Source: a virus
Reading direction: 5' to 3' (one strand)
IMG/VR virus record: IMGVR_UViG_3300025087_000048
Span: 1-64,000 of that record
DNA length: 64,000 nt
The notes under the pieces were generated by a model that was given only the letters and a program-made list of their open reading frames with translations, made no database searches and was not told the origin of the DNA. Made by a program: the position numbers and the translations under genes. Below are positions 56,924 to 64,000 of this stretch, in pieces (positions within the stretch are counted from its first letter, which is position 1; each line of letters begins with the position of its first letter).

Positions 56924-58801
56924 CTACAGTTCGACGGTCACATCAGGTTCCCATGTTGCCGATCCCCTCCCGTCTTTCCTTGGTCCGTATCTCCGATATT
57001 TCACAACCGGAACAATTTTAATCAATGGAGCCCCAAGACTCGCTGGGCTCAAGAGCCGTTGTTCCACATAATTTCCCATGGGAATCTGCCCCTGCTTCGC
57101 CCCCTCGACATATGATTTTGAAAACCCGCCACATCCGACCATGTACACCTTCCGATGAACCAGATCAGGAGAACCGAACCCGTGCCACCGTGGCATAATC
57201 CGATTCACCGGAGCTGCCGCCTGTTTCGTCATATGTCCAAGAAGAAACACATCAGCATCCCAGTAGGGGAGAAGATTTTCAATCTTATTCAACGGTGCCG
57301 ACATTTTCATCCCGCCTCCGCACCCGTGATGGACAAAAAGAACAATAGAAAATCGAGATCCGTTACTGCGAAATACGAGACGAATATATGCACAGGTCCC
57401 TAAAAACTTCGCATCGAGCATCTGACATAATCGCATGTCGGTCGTATCACCCGTACGCAATTGCGCCCAATGATGCCCATGGCATAACCCAAGCCAACGA
57501 CCCTTCGTTGGTTTCAAATAATCCTCATATAATTCATGCACAAGTTCAAGTGCCGCGTCATCCACCACATCTTCGGCCGAATTTCCAGTAAATGATGTTT
57601 GCCCTTCATAACAGCCCATCCACGTACCTGTGTCAGTCACCGGACACCACACAGTCTCATGAGCCACAATCCTCTCAACAGATCGAGCCCACGCCTGCCC
57701 ATGCACCCAACGCAATGCGCTTGATCGTGTTCCAGTTCTCGTTATTCCATCAACGTCAATAGACCGGTGCCTAGTGGGCACTCCCAGAAGAGCACAAAGA
57801 GCATAAAACAAATCAAGACGAAGTGGGTCCTTCTGAGTAAACTGCCACCCCCCATGATCTGATCCTCGACCTTTAGAAAATTCCCGATGCCCCTCCGCGT
57901 GCAACATCGCATCCAGCATCGCCCGACGAGCCTCAACAGACAAACACATCGAAATTCGTGGGATATCACCCTCAACAGATGCCCCAGCTCGTGCGAATAA
58001 CCCACGAATTTCAGGAGCAGAAAATCCCCATCGAATCCACGTTCCCTTACCAGCCCCATATCCTGTCTGTTCATTCTCTGTTTCTGCAACTTTGAGCCAA
58101 GGCAACCGAGCAAGCAACCGACGAATATCCTCCACGTATTTTCTTTTCGTTTGAGATAAGTACGTAGTCCAGCACTCTGGAAATTTCACATGACCATCTG
58201 TTAATATCCACCCCAGCAACGCTGCTTCATCAGGAGATAGATCAGCATCTCCACTCTCATCGCACACCCCCGCAGTAACAATTCTATGTATTCCTTGACG
58301 AAGAGCGTATGTGGGCATCATACTCTGGTGTCCATCAATATGCTGAACAACCCAGCGATGATTATCTGTAACTCGCCACGACCACCCTCTTGCTTTTACA
58401 TTGACAACAGGAGCATGCTCCCACGTCACAACTTTACGAAGAGGGGTCCACACAGCCTTCCGCGTTACCAAATCGTACCCCAGAATATCTTCACCTATGA
58501 GAAGTTGTGAATAAAATTTCCACCCAAACTTAGTCAAAATTCTTGTATCAACAGATACACAATCGTACAATGCCGCCGCTTTGAATCGCTGTCTATTGCT
58601 CGGAGACATAAAATCTGTGTAATCCCCAAGACCAACAAACCACGCACCCAACTTCATACACTTGTCAATATGACGTTTAAGAATATCCCCAGCAGTTGAT
58701 CCACGCTTTCCTGACCACTGAATATCCCCGATAGGCGCAATCACGATCGGCTGATGATTTCGCCTTGAGGACCACGTAATATTATGAGTGGCCAGTTCCA
58801 C
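56924..58801 (-). CDS. Calcineurin-like metallophosphoesterase with an intein
   Basis: IGDIQ, GLGDYTD, GHH, VHHG, LLGHMT. Confidence 0.8.
   Translation of the reverse strand: MELATHNITWSSRRNHQPIVIAPIGDIQWSGKRGSTAGDILKRHIDKCMKLGAWFVGLGDYTDFMSPSNRQRFKAAALYDCVSVDTRILTKFGWKFYSQLLIGEDILGYDLVTRKAVWTPLRKVVTWEHAPVVNVKARGWSWRVTDNHRWVVQHIDGHQSMMPTYALRQGIHRIVTAGVCDESGDADLSPDEAALLGWILTDGHVKFPECWTTYLSQTKRKYVEDIRRLLARLPWLKVAETENEQTGYGAGKGTWIRWGFSAPEIRGLFARAGASVEGDIPRISMCLSVEARRAMLDAMLHAEGHREFSKGRGSDHGGWQFTQKDPLRLDLFYALCALLGVPTRHRSIDVDGITRTGTRSSALRWVHGQAWARSVERIVAHETVWCPVTDTGTWMGCYEGQTSFTGNSAEDVVDDAALELVHELYEDYLKPTKGRWLGLCHGHHWAQLRTGDTTDMRLCQMLDAKFLGTCAYIRLVFRSNGSRFSIVLFVHHGCGGGMKMSAPLNKIENLLPYWDADVFLLGHMTKQAAAPVNRIMPRWHGFGSPDLVHRKVYMVGCGGFSKSYVEGAKQGQIPMGNYVEQRLLSPASLGAPLIKIVPVVKYRRYGPRKDGRGSATWEPDVTVEL
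57581..58561 (-). mobile_element. Intein with homing endonuclease (327 aa) ending in GN
   Basis: YD|CVSVDT.ILT..GW...TDNHRW...LLGWILTDG...LDAMLHAEG...VWCPVT..GTW...FTGN|S. Confidence 0.9.
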
Positions 58802-60760
58802 TTAACTTGGTGACTCCTGTTGATCTGACAGAGCCGTCGCTCCAGCCCCCAGTCCAATTGCTGACGGAGCAAACTGCCACAGAGGCTGACCCTTCGTCAG
58901 TATATCCTTCCGCATCTGCGGCGTAATTGGCAGATAGTGAATTTGAGCCATATTTGCACTCCTGGATGCTTGCTCTTTCAAGTAGGTGATTGCCTGTTTA
59001 ATCTCCTTAAATGCTTCCTGCTTTGTCTTATACGGCCGCTCCAAAAACCGGAACACACGCAATACCGACTGATGATCTAATCCTGTATGCTCTAATTCTT
59101 TACGAAAAGTTGTTTCCATTCGTACCACATACCCGGAACGTTGCTCACTCCGTGTCAACGGACGACCTTTTGCTTCCGCATATTGTGGAAATAATGTTGC
59201 AATCGCCTTCCCTTCTCGTCCACTGTCAGAAAGCACATAATACGCATCTTCATAACCTGGCAATTGGCCCCGATCAAACATATGGGCTTCCGTTACATTT
59301 TTCAGCGCCAACTTCGAAGGGTCTACCATAAATTCTCCAGACGTAGAAATATCACGATCCTGAACCTTCACCCCCCACTTCTTCGCATAATTATTTGCAG
59401 TATTCGGCAATATTTCATCGTAGAACCTCCGCATCCCCTTCCCACCCAGCTGAATCTCTTCCCCCTCAAGCAGCCCCACATTTCCAACACCACGAAAGAG
59501 CACCCGTGGATTCGTTGCCTCAAGCTTATTGACCCCCTCACCAGCAAGAATCTTCTTTGCCGCGGATGCCCCAACCCACGATGAAAGATCCTTCGGATCT
59601 ATTCCGCCAAACTCCTGACCTTGTGCGTACAAAGCGTACCCATTTGGCGTCTTCTCCCAACGTAATGTTCCAACTCGTTCGGATAATGATGCATATCGCC
59701 TCAACTGCTGATCGCCAGTGGTCCACCCGATGCCATCATACCCACGAGCCACCGCATCATTCAGCATTTTCTTGATTGACAACTCAGGCCATGATTTCTC
59801 GAAGGGACCAACAGGAAGCGCCCCGCCAAATTCAGGCCGATATGCCTTTGACAATTGTGCAAGTCGTTCCATTGCGTTCACGTATTGATCGTATAAATTT
59901 TTATAAACATCCCCGTATTTTCTGTCCCATTCAGGATCATTAAGAGACAGCCGTGAATATGCGCTTGCATGCTCTACTTCACGCATTTTAGAAAATAGCG
60001 TCTTCACATCCTTTCCCAATTTAGTTTTAGCCTCTTCCAATTTAATCTTTTCCTCTGCAACACGTGGCCCAATCTCCCGTGGAATGTATCCCATCCCACC
60101 TTCTTCTTTCATTGCTCGTGCCTTCTGATGCCAGTCAGACTGAATCTCTTCGCCAAACAACACCTTCTCCCCAGTGGGAAGCTGCCGATCCGTCGTCCGC
60201 ATATGAAATACCGTATTCGAAGAATAATGCCCCTCCACATCTTGGAGATAGGGTTGAACAATCTTTGGATATTGCTCCTGAATTTGTTCTTTCCCGATAC
60301 GCACTGGAATCTCCCGATATGCTTTCCCCCCGGGCAGTTGATAATCGGGATTTTGAAACAATGCACTTGGCAAACTCCTATGTTCAACAACGCGTTCCGG
60401 TTCAAAAAGAACAGCACGTTCACCTGTCGCGGATATCGGACCTTCCTGTATGATTCGCGGATGTTCCAATTTTGCCAGCCGGGGCGTTGCCTCCAAGGAC
60501 GGAGATCGTTCCTGGACATACCTCAGTACATCCGGTTTCATATATTGCTGTTTCGGATCGAGAAACCGTGAGAGTCCAATCCACTCTGCTTCAGCAGGCT
60601 TCGCCCCTTGGGCAATTCCGAGCACCTGTTGGCCAGAGGCCCGCTGTGGCATCTTCTCTGTGAGCAACTGTGCTAATTTCGAAAAGAACCCTCCACCTTC
60701 CCTTTCGAATATCCCAGGGACTTGCTGCGTCCAAAATGGACGAAAAGACGGCACTGGCAT
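58802..60760 (-). CDS. Large-polyvalent-protein-type domain protein (probably injected)
   Basis: YQLPGG..YREI, H.R.TDR, KVLF.EEIQSDWHQ, PF.K.W.EL..K..L..A...GYD.I.WTTG.QQ, GM..FYD. Confidence 0.7.
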   Translation of the reverse strand: MPVPSFRPFWTQQVPGIFEREGGGFFSKLAQLLTEKMPQRASGQQVLGIAQGAKPAEAEWIGLSRFLDPKQQYMKPDVLRYVQERSPSLEATPRLAKLEHPRIIQEGPISATGERAVLFEPERVVEHRSLPSALFQNPDYQLPGGKAYREIPVRIGKEQIQEQYPKIVQPYLQDVEGHYSSNTVFHMRTTDRQLPTGEKVLFGEEIQSDWHQKARAMKEEGGMGYIPREIGPRVAEEKIKLEEAKTKLGKDVKTLFSKMREVEHASAYSRLSLNDPEWDRKYGDVYKNLYDQYVNAMERLAQLSKAYRPEFGGALPVGPFEKSWPELSIKKMLNDAVARGYDGIGWTTGDQQLRRYASLSERVGTLRWEKTPNGYALYAQGQEFGGIDPKDLSSWVGASAAKKILAGEGVNKLEATNPRVLFRGVGNVGLLEGEEIQLGGKGMRRFYDEILPNTANNYAKKWGVKVQDRDISTSGEFMVDPSKLALKNVTEAHMFDRGQLPGYEDAYYVLSDSGREGKAIATLFPQYAEAKGRPLTRSEQRSGYVVRMETTFRKELEHTGLDHQSVLRVFRFLERPYKTKQEAFKEIKQAITYLKEQASRSANMAQIHYLPITPQMRKDILTKGQPLWQFAPSAIGLGAGATALSDQQESPS

Positions 60761-60999
60761 TATCGAATCTCCCGCACCATCAAAATGCTACTCAAATACC
60801 GTGGCTCCTGCACACGCATCCCACTCCGTTCAAAATACACATATCCAAAATATTCCAATTCCTCCGGAGTCAGCATCCCGTGTGATCCACGGGTGTTCGC
60901 CCACCTGAATTCCCGGCTGTAGGGCCTCTGGACGCCTCCAGGTACGGACTTCTCCGCCTGGGCAATGCCCGGATACCCCTCGATCATGTTAGGACCCAC
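60760..60999 (-). CDS. Hypothetical protein
   Basis: Coupled at both ends. Confidence 0.45.
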   Translation of the reverse strand: MGPNMIEGYPGIAQAEKSVPGGVQRPYSREFRWANTRGSHGMLTPEELEYFGYVYFERSGMRVQEPRYLSSILMVREIR

Positions 61000-61795
61000 G
61001 CTGAGACCCTCGGCGGGACATGAGATTCAATTCTCGAGCAAATGAGGCCAGACGCTCTGGATGCTGTGACTGTGTTTTCCACGCTGAAAGATAGAGCAGC
61101 GGATCGTTCATCGCCTCCCGGAGCATCTGACGGGACTGATATTCGGTCATCATTTCGGACAAGGCCCGCCAGATCGGTTCCTGCGGGCGATACATCCCGT
61201 ACATCTGTTGCAGATCAGGGAACTCTGTCACCGCATGTTGAATTTGTTCCAATGATTGGTCCATGGGCATCCCAGCGTTCACCACTTGCTGTGGGGACAT
61301 CGACCCTGGAATCCCCGAGGGGAACCGTTGCGTCGCCAAATCGGCATGTCGCCCTTCGTGTAATAACGTCCCAGACGCTTCTAAATCATCCTGAGACAAC
61401 CGACGCATTGACGGGCGATCCAACCCCAGATGGAGTGATCTCCCTTTCGTGGCAATATCCGGACGAGAGAGGCGCATGAGATCCATGGCCTCATATTCAC
61501 TGGGACGAAGCTTTTTCATCGGGAGGGATTCAACCGTTCCCATAAACCCTCGAGCACTGAATTCAGGGGCTTGCGGGCGGAGGAACACTGGCGTCGCAGC
61601 CTGTTCAATCCGCCCCGCCATCTCCGGAGCAAGATTGAACAGTTTTCGCTTGAGGAGCGCCCCTCCGCGACCGACTGGAATGAGCGCGGCAAGGACGGCA
61701 GGAACGAGAAGGGCAGCCAACTGAGCAAGGGGATCAGTCTGTTGTCGTGGGGCCGGAGCCTCACCCTGCTGATCCCCCTGGTCAAATTGAGCCAT
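60989..61795 (-). CDS. Zincin-motif (HExxH) protein
   Basis: GTLLHEGRHA with a distal E in ALSEMMTE. Confidence 0.55.
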   Translation of the reverse strand: MAQFDQGDQQGEAPAPRQQTDPLAQLAALLVPAVLAALIPVGRGGALLKRKLFNLAPEMAGRIEQAATPVFLRPQAPEFSARGFMGTVESLPMKKLRPSEYEAMDLMRLSRPDIATKGRSLHLGLDRPSMRRLSQDDLEASGTLLHEGRHADLATQRFPSGIPGSMSPQQVVNAGMPMDQSLEQIQHAVTEFPDLQQMYGMYRPQEPIWRALSEMMTEYQSRQMLREAMNDPLLYLSAWKTQSQHPERLASFARELNLMSRRGSQRGS

Positions 61796-61836
61796 GCTAA
61801 AACATACTCAAGAGGCAGTCTACCACAGAGCAAACA

Positions 61837-61980
61837 TCACGACTCCCACTTGATGGGACCACGCGTATGCTGGCCCGGATGGCCCTGAGCCCGCTGGCAC
61901 TGATACTCAATCGCCGTTTTTCCCTCTGCTCGTTCTACCGTCGATGCCTGACACCGCGTTTCCTTTCGAGGTCGAGTCAT
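61837..61980 (-). CDS. 47-aa protein with a C..C...GHxGxH motif
   Basis: Read manually; perfect SD AAGGAGGT. Confidence 0.6.
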   Translation of the reverse strand: MTRPRKETRCQASTVERAEGKTAIEYQCQRAQGHPGQHTRGPIKWES

Positions 61981-61994
61981 GTTGTCACCTCCTT

Positions 61995-62480
61995 TTAGAA
62001 ATATTTGATTGATCCATCACTGAGAAGATACGTTCCTGATGCGGCATTTTGAAGCTGTCCCAAAGACCAGTTCACCTGCCCTTGACCCTGGGGTGTTGCT
62101 GTTCCCAATCCAGTGAATGACCCGATAATGCTCCCCCCGACATTTGATGTTGAGAACGTGCCGAGCGAATGACTAGAACCGTAACGAATATTCAATCCGA
62201 GCGTCTCCAGTTTTTGTGGAGTAATCGGACTAATCTGATCTGCTTTCTTGTTTTTCTCATGGCGTTCTTTGATCTTGTCAAGGTGTCCTGCACGTAAATC
62301 ATCCAGATCCCGCTTGATCAGTTGGGCTGTTTCCACCGCCTCTTTCCGTGTTTTTTCTGCTTTATGCAACGCTTCCAGAGCCTGTTTCACCAATACTTTT
62401 ACTTCATCCACCCGATCTTTCTTCAGAGCTTTGACGGCTTCTCGATAGGCTTCCTGATTGTCCTTCGCTGACATTTCCAT
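61995..62480 (-). CDS. Coiled-coil hypothetical protein
   Basis: Charged helical N-terminal half. Confidence 0.6.
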   Translation of the reverse strand: MEMSAKDNQEAYREAVKALKKDRVDEVKVLVKQALEALHKAEKTRKEAVETAQLIKRDLDDLRAGHLDKIKERHEKNKKADQISPITPQKLETLGLNIRYGSSHSLGTFSTSNVGGSIIGSFTGLGTATPQGQGQVNWSLGQLQNAASGTYLLSDGSIKYF

Positions 62481-62528
62481 CTTCGCCCCTTTCCCACGCA
62501 TTATGGGAGGCGTGGACTTCGATTTATG

Positions 62529-62605
62529 TGGTCAGGGTAGGAGGCTTTGATCCTCCGACCCCCGCGCCCCAGACGCGGTGCGCTCCCAGGCTGCGCCATA
62601 CCCTG
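62529..62605 (-). tRNA. tRNA-Pro(UGG), atypical, with encoded CCA
   Basis: CAGGGTA/TACCCTG-A-CCA acceptor stem; GCGC D-stem; CCGCG-TCTGGGG-CGCGG; GGAGG-ATCAAAG-CCTCC. Confidence 0.85.
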
Positions 62606-62620
62606 ATCCAACATGGGCCT

Positions 62621-62649
62621 ATAGAAACACATGAAAACGAATAAGTCAA
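62621..62649 (-). promoter_or_regulatory. Sigma70-like promoter for the tRNA
   Basis: TTGACT-N17-TTCTAT with an A-rich upstream element. Confidence 0.45.
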
Positions 62650-62686
62650 GGAATTTTTCCACGGGATCTACAGGGCAATAATACAG

Positions 62687-63127
62687 TTAAATACCGCCTC
62701 GATCCAACGTACCAATATCCAGCACGGCATGCAACAATTCATGCCAGTAGACTTCCCACTGTCGTTGTTTTGTCAAGCTCTTGTCGATGTAAATCGTTCG
62801 TTCTGTATCTACCCACGCACCAGCAGAAGCTCTGCGTATATGCTTATACATGTAGTTTCTACTTGAGTTCTTACTTGCTGTAGCCCAAAGGGCTACATGG
62901 TTGTTGCCTATAACAACTCTGTTTCTGTTTATACTTGTTGGGGCCCGTAGGGCCCCTGCATGTTGTTTTTGCTTGCTGTTGTTCAGAAGACGAGCTTTGC
63001 TCTTGCTTCTTTGAAGAGCTTTTGATTCGTTTGTAATACTTGCTAATTCCGTGGGTGTTACAAGCTTTACGTGTAGTACATAGCCTCTGCCTATGTTCTT
63101 TCTCTTGGGAAGCTTATGGTATTTCAT
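62687..63127 (-). CDS. Small HExxH metallopeptidase-like protein with an internal insertion
   Basis: GAW...RTIYID..L....WEVYWHELLHA. Confidence 0.65.
   Translation of the reverse strand: MKYHKLPKRKNIGRGYVLHVKLVTPTELASITNESKALQRSKSKARLLNNSKQKQHAGALRAPTSINRNRVVIGNNHVALWATASKNSSRNYMYKHIRRASAGAWVDTERTIYIDKSLTKQRQWEVYWHELLHAVLDIGTLDRGGI
62823..63019. repeat. Array of about 8 short inverted repeats
   Basis: For example TGTAGCCC-AAA-GGGCTACA and GGGGCCC-GTA-GGGCCCC. Confidence 0.75.
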
Positions 63128-63434
63128 ATGTGTTTTGCTCCTGTTCTTGCTTTGTTTTAGATTCTAGTTCTTGTATATAATATGTATGTATATTGCCTTG
63201 CCCTACTTGTATTCTACTGTTTTGCTGCTGTAGATATTCATATACTTGTATACGAGCTCTATCCCCCGGGCAATATTTCATCTCAATGACCTGTTCAAGA
63301 CTTTGATTTGGTACTACTCGACCCTCAATCGGCGTGGTGAAGAGGGCAAAGGCCGTGCACACCAGCCAGGCAGCACCCCCGAATATGCCACTGTGCGGCC
63401 CACAAATGCCCCAGGATCGACGTTTCCACCCCAT
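63114..63434 (-). CDS. Hypothetical protein (uncertain)
   Basis: GGGAG SD; low-complexity C-terminus. Confidence 0.3.
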   Translation of the reverse strand: MGWKRRSWGICGPHSGIFGGAAWLVCTAFALFTTPIEGRVVPNQSLEQVIEMKYCPGDRARIQVYEYLQQQNSRIQVGQGNIHTYYIQELESKTKQEQEQNTYEIP

Positions 63435-63607
63435 CCCGCTATCTCCCTATTGCCAGCCTGTCGATCGTTGATCCTGGAGGCTCCTGGAGATTATCCCGAT
63501 CTCCCAAGGATGAACCCAATATACCAGCAGATTCCACCGGCAATCAAAATTATGGCAGCCATGCCTTGGAAGGTGCAGAGCATAGCTCGTACATACGCGC
63601 GTTGTTA

Positions 63608-64000
63608 TTACGAGTCAATAGTGGCAGTTCTTACGGTTGTATCCTGCGCTGAATATTCATGGGGGCAACGGCCATGGAGATGTCGTGGTCCAGTATCTTT
63701 GGCCTTATGGCAGTTAAAACATAGGATCTGGAATCCATCTGGATATTGATGTTGCTTGAGCCAGCGTCCAATATGTTGGCGGACCATCCAAGATGTTCGA
63801 CGGTGTTCCCCACCCCCACCTTTGATATGGTCAAACGTTAAAAATACAGGTTCTGTTTCGCCACAGCAAACGCATTGTCCACCATAGATTTGAAGTGTTT
63901 CAAGTTTTATTGTCCAATCCGTGGATGGTTTTCCTCCTTGACGTTTATATCGTGCCTCGTTTTGTGCATCACATAGTCGGCAATAGGCTCGAAATCCAGC
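63608..64000 (-). CDS. HNH endonuclease, 5'-truncated by the window edge (not in the ORF track)
   Basis: Read manually: YCRLC...YGGQCVCCGE..FLTFDHI..G..HR...WL...YP.GFQILCFNCH.AK...CPH. Confidence 0.88.
   Translation of the reverse strand, partial: AGFRAYCRLCDAQNEARYKRQGGKPSTDWTIKLETLQIYGGQCVCCGETEPVFLTFDHIKGGGGEHRRTSWMVRQHIGRWLKQHQYPDGFQILCFNCHKAKDTGPRHLHGRCPHEYSAQDTTVRTATIDS

Noticed and set aside
4697-63749. Numerous plus-strand ORFs in the track (e.g. 7310-8152, 45290-46210, 52003-52785)
   Set aside because: They are antisense shadows of well-supported minus-strand genes and carry no motifs.
63631-63834. 67-aa minus-strand ORF from the track
   Set aside because: It overlaps, in another frame, the clear HNH endonuclease reading frame 63608-64000.
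1-64000. CRISPR array, diversity-generating retroelement, integrase or stop-codon reassignment
   Set aside because: I saw no regular repeat-spacer units, no reverse transcriptase or recombinase motifs, and genes end cleanly at TAA, TAG and TGA.

Overview
The window is about 64 kb of a tailed dsDNA bacteriophage with a podovirus-like (P22/T7-type) gene order. I see no integrase, rRNA or CRISPR array. Positions 1-3.7 kb hold small plus-strand early-type genes, many of them Cys-rich. Everything else is one long minus-strand block, described here in reading order from right to left. It begins with a partial HNH endonuclease, an HExxH protein, an atypical tRNA-Pro, polyvalent-protein-type genes and an intein-containing metallophosphoesterase. 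The head genes follow: intein-containing large terminase, portal, scaffold, major capsid, a LAGLIDADG endonuclease and decoration genes. Next comes a ~14 kb glycan-building island (GT2-TPR-MTase-GT4 fusion, GT4, two GT2, two SDR epimerases including a GDP-mannose 3,5-epimerase-like enzyme, a nucleotide-sugar dehydrogenase, a methyltransferase and an intein-split B12 radical SAM). The block ends with tail fibre genes, a second B12 radical SAM, adaptor and nozzle, ejection proteins, lysis genes and a dNMP kinase. Main highlights: (1) a probable self-contained virion protein-glycosylation pathway with its own promoter; (2) a hairpin-rich cassette that holds two synonymously recoded copies of the second radical SAM's N-terminus, both out of frame with the gene body; (3) two genes that appear to start at AUU; (4) three inteins and four free-standing homing endonucleases; (5) a tRNA-Pro with C33/A54; (6) an array of short hairpins inside a coding insertion. 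All product calls rest on motif recognition by eye, not database searches.
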